The translations under genes were made by a program, and so were the position numbers. Source: Synergistota bacterium (GTDB lineage Bacteria; Synergistota; Synergistia; Synergistales; Synergistaceae). From it: a stretch of 64,000 bases of DNA. Positions within the stretch are counted from its first letter, which is position 1. Each line of letters starts with the position of its first letter. Where the stretch lies: contig JAXQGB010000006.1 in assembly GCA_034331105.1 (NCBI GenBank), forward strand, positions 40,034 through 104,033. Reading direction: 5' to 3'. Under the pieces are notes generated by a model that saw nothing but the letters and a program-made list of their open reading frames with translations, was not told the origin of the DNA and did no database searches. This document shows positions 32,361-41,991 of this stretch, piece by piece.

Positions 32361-34340
32361 GTGTTGAAAGTGTTTTATAAGATAAAAACGAGCATAGTTA
32401 TTCCAATGACCCTCTTTCTGCTGGTTTTTTCCGCATCTGCTCTTGCCGATACAGGGGCAGGTGTGATCAGCGGGGATGTTGTCAGTGAGGACAAAAAAGA
32501 AGAAGTGCAGGAGGTGGCAAGAGTAGAGGTGACCGGTTCGCGTCTTGTCGAAGACATCCGTGAAGTTCCCGCTCCGGCTTACGTCATAACAAAGGAAGAA
32601 ATTGAAATGAGCGGCGCAAGGAGCACACAGGAAGTTCTTGACAGGGTGCCCGGAGTCAACGGTCTGAGGAACAGTTCAGCCTCAGCTCTTGACAAGAGCG
32701 TAATTGTCAGGGGGCTTACCACCGAGGTCCTGCTTCTTGTGGACGGCATCCCCTTCAGGACTTCGAGCTACGGCACAGGGGTATCGATGGGATCTCCTTT
32801 TGACCTCAGGACAGTACCGCTTGAGTCCATTGAGAGGATAGAAGTTGTAAAGGGCTCCAGCTCGGCTGTATACGGATCCAACGCGGCGGGCGGAGTCATA
32901 AATATAATCACAAAAAGAGGAATGGAAAAGTCGGGCGGAAACCTGCTTCTTGAAGGAGGAAATCACGGATGGTTCCGGAGCTCTGTCAGGGGTACGGCCG
33001 TGTTGAGCGATGATGTCAAAGTCACAGTCGGATACACCAAAACCAAGGAAACTTCCGGGATAAACATAAGAAAGAGGCCCGATGGGACATATGACAAAGC
33101 CACCGACTATCGCGGAAATGACTTCACGTTTGAAATAGACAAGGGCAACTGGTCGTTTTCTGCAGGATGGGGAGATTTTGATTCAGACTGGGAAAATACT
33201 TACAACTATGATCTCTCAACTGTATACAAGAATATTCAGGAGAACAAATACCGGCGTTTTGCCATAACCTATGCTGATGAAGTGAACTCGGGCAAAATCT
33301 ATTACAACGAAAATGAGAAGGATTATTCATTCTACTCAGATCCGCTCTACATAAGCAGCTACGACTACAAAGACAGTTCGATGGGGATAATGTTCAACCG
33401 GAAGCAGGATATATTTGGACTGTCCGGTGTATGGGGATTTGAGTGGAGAAGAGAACAGTCAGAGTACGAAGGGCTTTCAAATTCTTATGGCTGGATAACG
33501 GAGGATACCCCATATGACCTGAAGAGGGACGGTTTCTCACCCTATCTGGAAGTATCAGTGCCTGTCGGTGATATTGGACTCGACATTGGACTTAGATATG
33601 AGCACTGGAACGTTGATGGGGGCGAGGATGTAAATGAGCTGATACCGAGGTTTTCACTTAACTGGGAGAGTCCTTCAGGGAAGATATGGTACCTTACAGC
33701 GGGGCGCTTTTTCGCAATGCCCAGTTTTTACCAGATATTTATGCCGGACAGGAATTACGGCACACCAAATCCCGATTTAAAACCGGAAAAAGGGTGGACG
33801 TACGACATAGGCGTCAAGGACGAAAAGGCTGCAAATCCCTGGAGTTTCGGAGTATTCTATATGGACATGGAAGATAAGATCAAGTACGAATCAGATCCGG
33901 TGACATGGGTAGGACAGTTCGTCAACCTTGACCAGTATAGGGCATGGGGTATAGAGGCGGAGATGAAGTTCAACTTCCACGAAAACTGGAGCTACACGCA
34001 GGGCATATCCTGGACCGACGCCGAAGAGAAGACCCAAGGCTCTGATGAGTGGGCAAGATCGAATATGCCGAGGCTCGACCTGATGGGGAGCCTGAACTAC
34101 GCAAAGGGACCATGGGCCGGGGAGCTCAACGCCCATTTTTACGGAGACAGGAACATTGACAGCGGCGTCTACAAGGATGACGGCATCTTCCTTATGAACG
34201 CTTCTGTCTCATGGAAAGAGGGAGCACATAAGCTGGTCCTCTCATGCACCAACATCTTCGACAGAGAGTTCGTGCTTGACGATCAGGGGTATATCAACCC
34301 CGAACGCAAGTTCATCCTCTCCTGGCAGTATGAATTCTAG
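32361..34340 (+). CDS. TonB-dependent outer-membrane receptor (BtuB-like by context)
   Basis: Signal peptide, plug region (VEVTGSRL...VPGV), beta-barrel body and C-terminal ...SWQYEF. The true start is possibly the GTG at 32370, 8 nt after AAGGAG. Confidence 0.85.
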   Translation: MLKVFYKIKTSIVIPMTLFLLVFSASALADTGAGVISGDVVSEDKKEEVQEVARVEVTGSRLVEDIREVPAPAYVITKEEIEMSGARSTQEVLDRVPGVNGLRNSSASALDKSVIVRGLTTEVLLLVDGIPFRTSSYGTGVSMGSPFDLRTVPLESIERIEVVKGSSSAVYGSNAAGGVINIITKRGMEKSGGNLLLEGGNHGWFRSSVRGTAVLSDDVKVTVGYTKTKETSGINIRKRPDGTYDKATDYRGNDFTFEIDKGNWSFSAGWGDFDSDWENTYNYDLSTVYKNIQENKYRRFAITYADEVNSGKIYYNENEKDYSFYSDPLYISSYDYKDSSMGIMFNRKQDIFGLSGVWGFEWRREQSEYEGLSNSYGWITEDTPYDLKRDGFSPYLEVSVPVGDIGLDIGLRYEHWNVDGGEDVNELIPRFSLNWESPSGKIWYLTAGRFFAMPSFYQIFMPDRNYGTPNPDLKPEKGWTYDIGVKDEKAANPWSFGVFYMDMEDKIKYESDPVTWVGQFVNLDQYRAWGIEAEMKFNFHENWSYTQGISWTDAEEKTQGSDEWARSNMPRLDLMGSLNYAKGPWAGELNAHFYGDRNIDSGVYKDDGIFLMNASVSWKEGAHKLVLSCTNIFDREFVLDDQGYINPERKFILSWQYEF

Positions 34341-34467
34341 AGAACAGAAACAACAATAGGTCATCCGTTCCTCCCAGAGGGCTCCCGGACTGCACACCGG
34401 GGGTCCTCAACATTTTTCCGCCTGTGCTTTTTTGTGATATAGTTTGGAGGATCAAAGGAAAGGCGGC

Positions 34468-35274
34468 ATGATAAGGACCATGATCATAGATTTCCATACG
34501 CACATCTTTCCTGACGGTTTTGCGGACCGTGCGATGTCAGTTTTGTCAGCCAATGGCAATGTCGGATACGCGGCCCCTGCGACCTTGAACGGACTTGTTT
34601 CAACGATGGATGAGTGTGGTGTGGACAGGTCTGTCGTACTCAACGTCGTTACCAAGGAGGGCCAGCATGAGAATGTCCTCCGCTTTGCAAAAGAGACTGA
34701 TTCCGAAAGGATAATATCCTTCGGCTCTGTCCTTCCGAGCTCGGTATACGCCCTTGAATATGTATGGAAGATATCGGACGAAGAACTTAAGGGCATAAAG
34801 TTCCATCCTGCACTCCAGAGGATATATGCAGATGATGAGCAGTATTTCCCGATATATGACCTGGTGCGCGCGCTGAACCTGGTCGTTGTCTTCCACGTCG
34901 GTTTTGATTACTCGTTCCCTGACGAACTGAATGCCTCGCCTGAGTCGATGATGAAAATAGCAAGGAATTTCCCCGGACTCAGGATAGTTGCAGCCCATCT
35001 CGGGGGACTGAAGATGGCTGAAGATGTCCTCGAGGCGGTGGCAGGACAGGCGGACATCTACATGGATACGGCTTACTGCGCGGAGCCCTGGCTTGATAAG
35101 GGACTTCTCAAAGAGATAATAAGAAAGCACGGAGCCGAGAGGATCCTTTTTGGCAGCGATTATCCGTGGCATCTCCCTTCTCAGGAAATATCACTGATAA
35201 GGTCACTAGACATATCGGAGGAGGAGAAAGATATGATACTCGGAGGAAATGCCAAACGGCTGTTGGGGATATGA
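34468..35274 (+). CDS. Amidohydrolase-2 type metal-dependent TIM-barrel hydrolase
   Basis: MIIDFHTHIFP N-terminal motif, ...AAHLGG..., ...LFGSDYPW. ATG at 34468 follows AAGGAAAGG. Confidence 0.7.
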   Translation: MIRTMIIDFHTHIFPDGFADRAMSVLSANGNVGYAAPATLNGLVSTMDECGVDRSVVLNVVTKEGQHENVLRFAKETDSERIISFGSVLPSSVYALEYVWKISDEELKGIKFHPALQRIYADDEQYFPIYDLVRALNLVVVFHVGFDYSFPDELNASPESMMKIARNFPGLRIVAAHLGGLKMAEDVLEAVAGQADIYMDTAYCAEPWLDKGLLKEIIRKHGAERILFGSDYPWHLPSQEISLIRSLDISEEEKDMILGGNAKRLLGI

Positions 35275-35340
35275 TCAAAGAGCCCTGCCTGTATCAGTAT
35301 TCATGCAGACCGATCACTTTTTGGACCGGAGGTGTGTGAT

Positions 35341-36021
35341 TTGACCCACAATGGACCGCTGATATCCCTTCTGGAAGAGAGCTTTTCTTTCTGGGATAAG
35401 ATGAGTGACCTCGAAAAGGCGGCTCTCATGGACAATATCTCTGACATTAAATACGAAAAGGGGACCTGTCTTAGCGGAAGTGATGATTCCTGCGCAGGCG
35501 TCTTTCTGATAAGGTCAGGTACGCTCAGGGTCTATATGCTTTCCGAAGACGGCAAGGATCTGACACTTTTCCGCCTCAATCCCGGAGAGCTATGCATCCT
35601 CTCTGCGTCATGCGTTCTGAAGCTGATCCGTTTCGAAGTATTGATCGAGGCTGAGACAGAGTGCAGGATACTCGTAGTCAATGCAAATTTCTTCTCCGAT
35701 CTGGCAGCAAGAAATGTATGGGTGGAAAATTTCTCATATAAAGTGGCGGCTGAACGCTTTTCCGACGTAATGGAAGCCATACAGCGGATCTTCTTCCTGA
35801 GCGTGGACAAGAGACTTGCAAACTTCCTTCTTGAGGAGATGGAGAGGAATAATTGTGATGTGATCCCTGTCACTCACGAACAGATAGCAAGATATATAGG
35901 AAGCGCCCGTGAGGTGGTATCAAGGACTCTTAAATCTTTTTACGTCCTTGGGGCAGTAGAACTCTCCCGAAAAGGCATAAAGATCGTCGACAGGAAACTC
36001 CTCCAAAGCATGAGTAGATAA
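35341..36021 (+). CDS. Crp/Fnr family transcriptional regulator
   Basis: cNMP-binding-like beta-roll (VFLIRSGTLRVYMLSEDGKDLTLFRLNPGE) and C-terminal HTH (THEQIARYIGSAREVVSRTLK). The TTG at 35341 is better spaced from GGAGG than the GTG at 35332. Confidence 0.8.
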   Translation: MTHNGPLISLLEESFSFWDKMSDLEKAALMDNISDIKYEKGTCLSGSDDSCAGVFLIRSGTLRVYMLSEDGKDLTLFRLNPGELCILSASCVLKLIRFEVLIEAETECRILVVNANFFSDLAARNVWVENFSYKVAAERFSDVMEAIQRIFFLSVDKRLANFLLEEMERNNCDVIPVTHEQIARYIGSAREVVSRTLKSFYVLGAVELSRKGIKIVDRKLLQSMSR

Positions 36022-36024
36022 TAG

Positions 36025-36612
36025 TTAAAGCCTCTCTCCCTCTCTTATCTTACAGATCATCTGAGTTGCCGTTCCCATGGGGCAGTATACGCACCATGAC
36101 CGCGGTTTGTAAATGAGCATGCTCGAAAAGCCCAGTATCAGTGATGTGAGCATGAGGCTGTAAAAACCGTAGGCGAACTGTACCGCCCACAGGGGAATGC
36201 TTTTCCCGGCCCTGTTTGCCCACTCCCATGGCACATCAAATGTCCATAAAAGCCTGACCGATGCATCCAGGCTTCCGCTTCCCGAAAATACGGCCCATGT
36301 TGCAAAGAGCATATTTACGAACATGACCATAAAGAACAGGAGAAATCCATAACGAAACCATCTGCTCTTCAAAAATGCCGGCAGGTCCCTGTTGAGGGAC
36401 ATTTTTTTTCCCGAGCCAAGAAGCGTGAAGAGCTGTCCTCTTCCACAGTAACTGTTGCAGAAGGCCTTCTCTTTGCCGAACATTGACATCAGTATCGGTA
36501 TGACGAAGCAGAGCATGCCCAGCCAGGCGAAGATAATGTTGAAAAATCCAAGTGAGAAGTAGATGACCGAGACGATCCACATCTTTTCTTTCCAGCTTTT
36601 TGTCACACTCAT
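36025..36612 (-). CDS. Polytopic membrane protein with Cys motifs (NapH-like 4Fe-4S binding family)
   Basis: FCNSYCGRGQ and WCVYCPMGT motifs flanking TM helices. ATGA-type overlap with the ferredoxin gene. Confidence 0.5.
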   Translation of the reverse strand: MSVTKSWKEKMWIVSVIYFSLGFFNIIFAWLGMLCFVIPILMSMFGKEKAFCNSYCGRGQLFTLLGSGKKMSLNRDLPAFLKSRWFRYGFLLFFMVMFVNMLFATWAVFSGSGSLDASVRLLWTFDVPWEWANRAGKSIPLWAVQFAYGFYSLMLTSLILGFSSMLIYKPRSWCVYCPMGTATQMICKIREGERL

Positions 36613-36818
36613 TCCGGGACCTCCATCGTTATTGCAGAGGGTGGGCAGATCTTTTCACATTTAGAGCATCCGATGCACTTTTCCGGGTCCACATCAACCC
36701 ATAATCCCTTATATATGGAAATTGCGCTGACCGGGCATACATTTACACACGCGCCGCAGGCCACGCAATCTTCTCGCAAAACTTTTGCCTTTTTTCTTTT
36801 TTTGACTGATATCGCCAC
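36609..36818 (-). CDS. 2x[4Fe-4S] ferredoxin
   Basis: CVACGACVNVCP and CIGCSKCEKICP motifs. 69 aa. Confidence 0.85.
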   Translation of the reverse strand: MAISVKKRKKAKVLREDCVACGACVNVCPVSAISIYKGLWVDVDPEKCIGCSKCEKICPPSAITMEVPE

Positions 36819-36880
36819 ATGATCACATCCTATATTTGCTGTTCCTATATTATTTTATAACACCGATAAGTTCTGTGGTC

Positions 36881-36895
36881 TGTGACCTGGTCACA
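36881..36895. promoter_or_regulatory. Candidate Crp/Fnr-type operator TGTGACC-T-GGTCACA
   Basis: Perfect 15-bp palindrome centred about 42 nt upstream of the expected transcription start, downstream of a TATAAA/TAAAAT -10 element (36852-36859, minus strand). Confidence 0.4.
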
Positions 36896-36907
36896 TGCGG
36901 AGCCGGA

Positions 36908-36939
36908 AATAAAAAAAGAGGGTCATGAAATGATCCTCT
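36908..36939 (-). terminator. Terminator after the arginase-family gene
   Basis: Stem AGAGGGTCAT/ATGATCCTCT (one mismatch), then T7 on the minus strand. Confidence 0.6.
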
Positions 36940-36987
36940 CTGTACAGTGCAGGCAAATCTGTGGGAAAGTTATTGTGGATGAAGTAT

Positions 36988-37959
36988 TTATCTCTCGGAC
37001 AGGCCCCTTAAAAACCAGAAAATAGATGAGGCTGCAAGTGATGCGGTACGGTGGTCCTGGTCCAGTGGCGGAGAGACCTCCATTATGTCCAGATATTTTA
37101 TCTGAGAGCTCCTTCCCGCAAGATAGGCTATCTTGTCCAGTTCAGGCGCTTTGAGTCCGCTTGGGTTGCTCGCAGATGCGCCGGGTGCCTCAGTGCTTCT
37201 GACCGCATCTATATCGAGGGAGAGGGCAACTGTCCGTCCCTTCTTGCTGACAATGCTCAGTGCCTGTATAAAGGATTCCATCACGCGCTCGGAGACCTCT
37301 TTAAGTGTAAAGACGCTTCCACCCTGTTTCTTCACCCAATTGTAATAGTATGGCGAATTGTATGGCTCCTGAATAGCGAATTCAACGAACGCGCTCCCGG
37401 AGAGAGCCTTGTTCGGAAGCTGAGAGAGGGCTCTATAGAAAGAGGTACCGCTGTTTATCCCGTTTTCATCGGTCCTCACATCAAGGTGTGAGTCTACGTT
37501 GATCAGCCCAAGTGAATCCTTTTTGAGTCCCGCTCCATGGACCAGGCCCGCAAGACCCGGGTAAGTAAGGTCGTGTCCGCCTCCGATCACCAGTGGTATG
37601 CCTCCTCGCGAGACAGCGTCAGCAACAGCTTCCTGCAGTGCAAGATGCACCTCTTCCAGTGTAAGTTCCTTTGTAGATATGTTGCCGACATCAATGACCC
37701 TTATCCTGTCCAGATCCATGTTGAACCCTGGAGTAAGTTTATAGAGGCGGCGCCTGACGTCATCAGGGCCCTTAGCGGCGCCGGCACGCCCTTTGTTTGC
37801 AAGTATGCCCCTGTCTTCAGGCACGCCGATGATCACAACATCAGAATCCCGGACTGACGACATTTTTCCCCTATGGACAAGTTCCCCGAGCCTTCTGTCT
37901 TTTGGGTCGTTCCTGCTGTAAAAAAGGTCCCTGTCTGCCTTTTCGAGAATGTATGCCAT
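36988..37959 (-). CDS. Arginase-family hydrolase (formimidoylglutamase/agmatinase-like)
   Basis: VIIGVPEDRG, GGGHDLTYPG, NVDSHLDVR and SLDIDAV metal-binding motifs. Confidence 0.8.
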   Translation of the reverse strand: MAYILEKADRDLFYSRNDPKDRRLGELVHRGKMSSVRDSDVVIIGVPEDRGILANKGRAGAAKGPDDVRRRLYKLTPGFNMDLDRIRVIDVGNISTKELTLEEVHLALQEAVADAVSRGGIPLVIGGGHDLTYPGLAGLVHGAGLKKDSLGLINVDSHLDVRTDENGINSGTSFYRALSQLPNKALSGSAFVEFAIQEPYNSPYYYNWVKKQGGSVFTLKEVSERVMESFIQALSIVSKKGRTVALSLDIDAVRSTEAPGASASNPSGLKAPELDKIAYLAGRSSQIKYLDIMEVSPPLDQDHRTASLAASSIFWFLRGLSER

Positions 37960-38142
37960 TTTGTCTCCTCCGCGGTAAGAATGTAACTTGTATATTTTCA
38001 GATTCTATCCGCATGGAAGCTTCGTGCATAGTCCTTTTGGCTGATTGGTAAAAGTGTTGTCAAAAGGCCCTCCGGCCAATTTGCTGTTGATCGATCAAGA
38101 TGAAAAGCGTTTGTAAAGCTTGTCTTTTACTGTCTTTAAACA

Positions 38143-38178
38143 TAAAAAACAGATGGCAGATTTTTATGCCATCTGTTT
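38143..38178 (-). terminator. Terminator after the diguanylate cyclase gene
   Basis: Stem AACAGATGGCA...TGCCATCTGTT, then T6 on the minus strand. Confidence 0.7.
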
Positions 38179-38191
38179 CCCGTTGATATGA

Positions 38192-39847
38192 TCAGGCCTC
38201 GTATATAGTAAAACCGTTCTTGCCGCTCTTTTTAGTCGTGTAGAGGGCTTTGTCTGCCTTTTCGTAGAGTTCTCTGAAAGTCGTTCCGTCTGCGGGGTAC
38301 CTGCTGCATCCTATGCTGATAGTTATTTCCGGCAGGCCTTCCACAATGCAGGATGATTTCGCTGCAGCTTCTGCTAAGTGCTTTGCTTTTCCCTTGATAA
38401 CTGCAATGTCCTCCATATTTCTAATGAAGGCTATGAACTCATCGCCGCCGATCCTCCCTACGATATCCATCTCCCTGAACGTTTTTTTAATCTCAGCCGC
38501 GACTCCCCTTATCACTCTGTCGCCGGTTGCGTGTCCAAAATTGTCGTTTATAGATTTGAAGTTATCGATGTCCATGATGAAGAGCGTATGCGAGGCTGGA
38601 TCGGCACTGTCTTGAAGTATATTCGAAATTAGAGTCTCCGTGGCGGCCTTGTTCAGTATGCCCGAAAGCTGGTCAATGTTTGATTTGTCCTCATAGTATC
38701 TGCTTTTATTCTTCTCATTCGCGAGTATGACATTTAGTGTCTCGGCCATTTCGTTGAAAGCAACGGCTATGTGTCCAAACTCGTCATCTCCGCAGTAATC
38801 GAACCTTGCTGACTCGTCCCCTCTCCTGTACCTTCCCATGGCTTCCGTCAGCTTCATCACCGGGTTCGAAAAATATGAAAAGAGACGGGTGAAGATCAAT
38901 GAGACCACTATAATTACCGCGACTGCGAAGAGAGCATTCCACATTATCATAATGCGAAGCGGTCCCATTATCTCATCTTCGTTGATAGACAGAAGGAGTC
39001 CCCATCCGCTTTCTTCTATATTTGAGAAATATCCGATGTTCTTTCCTGAAGCTGATGTAAAGCGTACAGGGACCTGAATTTTCGGCGTCTCTCCATCACC
39101 CCCGGGAATATTTGGCGGCTCTTCCGGCAGAGCATTCTCAAGATAGTTGCTGAGCGATTCCCCTCTGCGGAAGTCAGGATTGCTGGTCGAGATTATCCTT
39201 TTGTTCCTGTCGACTATGGTTATGAGCCTTGTCTTAAATCTTTTGGTCAGTTCAGCCGTATCAACCAAATTCTGAATGAAATCAGCTGAAAAGGAGAACC
39301 CAAGAGCGCCCAGAAATCCATCTTTTGAATAAAGGGGCATTACTATCGCGTAGAGGGGCACTTTTGTCAAAGTTGGAAGGTAGAAAGTGTCTGTCAAGTA
39401 ATAACCCTTTTTTTCCTTGGCCTTTTCGAATGAGTTTTCGGGCAGGGAGTTTTTACTTCCTATAAGTGCCTCGCTGCTGCTTGCTATGACAAATCCGTTT
39501 TTGTCCATCAGGGATACTCCGGTTACAAGCATCGATGCCCTTACCCTTGCCTTAAAGGCATTAGTAAGGTTCTCCCTGATATCGGAGTCCATATCCCCAA
39601 GCTCTCCCTTGGAGGCAATAGCCCTTTGCAGTGCCGGCCCCTCAAAGGTCGCGGTTATGTCTGCCCTGTTTGCCTCAAGGATGTTTCTCATGGAAGTCGA
39701 AAGTACTGCAGATGTGGTCTGAAGGTTTCTAAGGACCAGTTTTTTCTCATTATTGTATGACCTGGTTATAAAAAAAACAGAGAGTATGAAAAACGGTATT
39801 ATTGAGCACAGGAGAAAGACAAGCCAAAAAAGTCGGCGAAGTTTCAA
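38192..39847 (-). CDS. Sensor diguanylate cyclase (periplasmic Cache-like domain, HAMP, GGDEF with I-site)
   Basis: Two TM segments flank a sensor domain of about 270 aa. RIGGDEFIAF active site, with REMD (RxxD) five residues upstream. Confidence 0.85.
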   Translation of the reverse strand: MKLRRLFWLVFLLCSIIPFFILSVFFITRSYNNEKKLVLRNLQTTSAVLSTSMRNILEANRADITATFEGPALQRAIASKGELGDMDSDIRENLTNAFKARVRASMLVTGVSLMDKNGFVIASSSEALIGSKNSLPENSFEKAKEKKGYYLTDTFYLPTLTKVPLYAIVMPLYSKDGFLGALGFSFSADFIQNLVDTAELTKRFKTRLITIVDRNKRIISTSNPDFRRGESLSNYLENALPEEPPNIPGGDGETPKIQVPVRFTSASGKNIGYFSNIEESGWGLLLSINEDEIMGPLRIMIMWNALFAVAVIIVVSLIFTRLFSYFSNPVMKLTEAMGRYRRGDESARFDYCGDDEFGHIAVAFNEMAETLNVILANEKNKSRYYEDKSNIDQLSGILNKAATETLISNILQDSADPASHTLFIMDIDNFKSINDNFGHATGDRVIRGVAAEIKKTFREMDIVGRIGGDEFIAFIRNMEDIAVIKGKAKHLAEAAAKSSCIVEGLPEITISIGCSRYPADGTTFRELYEKADKALYTTKKSGKNGFTIYEA

Positions 39848-39941
39848 AAAAACACCCCCTGTCGGTCGGTTATATTATCAGCGATTGCTCTCATGATATT
39901 ACCATGTCTTTTTTAAAAACCGCTTCAATTATTGCTTAATT

Positions 39942-39976
39942 AAAAAAGCCCCCATCCCGGAGGGATAAAGGGGCCT
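39942..39976 (-). terminator. Terminator after gpmA
   Basis: GCCCC...GGGGC stem with an inner ATCCC/GGGAT pairing, then T6 on the minus strand. Confidence 0.65.
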
Positions 39977-40005
39977 TCGTATGGTTTTTAGTTCTTGTCC
40001 GGTTT

Positions 40006-40752
40006 CTACCTGCTTTTGCCCTGGTTTGCTACCGCAGCCTGGGCAGCGGCTATAGCGCCCTCATCTCCGAGGTAATAATGCTTTATTGGCTTGAGTTCTT
40101 CGTCCAGTTCGTAGACGAGGGGGATCCCGGTAGGTATGTTAAGCTCCAGTATCTCTTTTTCCGATATGCCGTCCAGGTATTTGACAAGGGCCCTAAGGCT
40201 GTTGCCGTGAGCGACTATCACAAGCCTCTTGCCTGCCCTTATGTCGGGCGCTATCGCCTCTTTCCAGTAAGGGACTACCCTTGCGACAGTGTCGGCAAGG
40301 CATTCTCCCGCGGGGAGTTCGTTTTCGGCAAGTCCGGCGTATCTGGGGTCTTTTCCGGGGTAACGTTCATCTGTCTTTTCAAGAAGCGGGGGTCTTGTGC
40401 CGTAACTGCGCCTCCATATCTTGACCTGTTCGTCTCCGTATTTCGCGGCAGTCTCGGACTTGTTGAGTCCCTGCAGTCCTCCGTAGTGGCGTTCGTTCAG
40501 CTTCCATGAGTTCTCTACAGGGATCCACATCATGTCCATCTCTTCAAGTACGCACCAGAGTGTCTTTATGGATCTTTTCAGGACGGATGTATATGCTTTG
40601 TCAAAGGCGAAGCCCTTTTCCTTGAGGACTTTGCCTGCGGACTGCGCTTCGAGGAGTCCTTTTTCAGAGAGCGGGACGTCGGTCCATCCGGTGAACCTGT
40701 TCTCTTTGTTCCATTCACTTTCCCCATGCCTGAGCAATACTATCTTGTACAT
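40006..40752 (-). CDS. gpmA: 2,3-bisphosphoglycerate-dependent phosphoglycerate mutase
   Basis: [21 protein letters not shown] and [10 protein letters not shown] motifs. 248 aa. Confidence 0.9.
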   Translation of the reverse strand: MYKIVLLRHGESEWNKENRFTGWTDVPLSEKGLLEAQSAGKVLKEKGFAFDKAYTSVLKRSIKTLWCVLEEMDMMWIPVENSWKLNERHYGGLQGLNKSETAAKYGDEQVKIWRRSYGTRPPLLEKTDERYPGKDPRYAGLAENELPAGECLADTVARVVPYWKEAIAPDIRAGKRLVIVAHGNSLRALVKYLDGISEKEILELNIPTGIPLVYELDEELKPIKHYYLGDEGAIAAAQAAVANQGKSR

Positions 40753-40764
40753 CCAAGATGCCTC

Positions 40765-41991
40765 CTATTCAGTTTTGTCCTTATTGTTGTTTTCTCCGCT
40801 GACAGTGACTTTGTCTCCGTCATTAAGGGTGCTTCCTCCAAAAACTATGACCCTGTCGCCCGGCTTTAGCCCCTCTGTTATGTGGATAAGAGATCCCTGT
40901 CTTACGCCGGTGGCGACGTCACGGAGTTTCGCAGCTCCTTCCACTTCAAGCAAGACATAATGGCCTGTCTCACTTTCATGAAGAGCGTTTTCCGGTATGA
41001 GCACCGCATTTTTGATCTCTCTTTCCACTATTGAGGCCTGTCCGAACATTCCCGGCCTCAGCTGACCGCCGGTCTCTCTGTTGTCCAGCTCGATATCTAC
41101 ATTGCTGGTCCTGGTCGAAGGGTCTACATACTGATCCACCCTTGTCACTTTTCCAACAAATTCTTTATCCGGCAGAGCGTCGAATTTAAGGAATACAGGC
41201 ATTCCGCTTTTAACAACAAAAATTTTTGACTCAGGAACCTTCAGGGTGGCTTTTAATCTTCTCAGATCAGCAATATCGATTATCGGCGAGTTAGGAGAAA
41301 TCATTGCGCCTGTCGTTAGCGAAAAATCATTGAGCACAGTGCCGTCTATCGGAGCGACCATTATATAATCCGCTTTCGCAGAGCCTACTCTTACCAGCTC
41401 CGCAGCCGCCTGTTTTTCTTTTGCAATTGCAGCATTGTAGGAAGCCCTTGCGCTTGTGTAAGCTGTTTCTATGGAATCATACTGCTGCTGGGTGCTGAAT
41501 CCCTCTTTGACGAGCCTTGCGTACCTGTCAAGAGTTGTTTTTGCGTTCATCATCTCAGCTTTTGCCCTTTCAGTGTCGGCTTTTACCGATGCCGCCTGGG
41601 CGCGTACCGAACCTATGAGAGCATCCTGCTGGTCGTGTTCGAGTGTCGCTATGACCTGTCCCTTTCTTACCAGGTCTCCCTGCTTGACGTGGAGTTTTTC
41701 GAGTCTTCCTGTCACCCTGGGGAGTAACTCTACCCTGTCCACTGCGTCTATGGAGGTGTTCTGGATTATGCTTTCCCTGACGGTCTTATCTGCTTTGACC
41801 GTTTCTATCTTCACAGCAGCCGCCTGCTTGCCGTTTCCGTTTGAGTCAGGCGAGAAGATAGCTTCTCTCCGGCTGTATATCCCGATAGCTGCCAGCAGTA
41901 TGACCGCCGCAGCGACTATCATCATCAGCCTCTTTTTGTCTGAGATCCTATTCGAATAAGTTCCATAGTTGTTTTTGTCACTCATGGTCAT
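40765..41991 (-). CDS. RND efflux periplasmic adaptor (membrane fusion protein)
   Basis: N-terminal TM segment, coiled-coil hairpin region and beta-barrel domain. Start set at the ATG at 41991 (ATGA overlap with the TolC-like stop, GGAGAG RBS). Confidence 0.85.
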   Translation of the reverse strand: MTMSDKNNYGTYSNRISDKKRLMMIVAAAVILLAAIGIYSRREAIFSPDSNGNGKQAAAVKIETVKADKTVRESIIQNTSIDAVDRVELLPRVTGRLEKLHVKQGDLVRKGQVIATLEHDQQDALIGSVRAQAASVKADTERAKAEMMNAKTTLDRYARLVKEGFSTQQQYDSIETAYTSARASYNAAIAKEKQAAAELVRVGSAKADYIMVAPIDGTVLNDFSLTTGAMISPNSPIIDIADLRRLKATLKVPESKIFVVKSGMPVFLKFDALPDKEFVGKVTRVDQYVDPSTRTSNVDIELDNRETGGQLRPGMFGQASIVEREIKNAVLIPENALHESETGHYVLLEVEGAAKLRDVATGVRQGSLIHITEGLKPGDRVIVFGGSTLNDGDKVTVSGENNNKDKTE

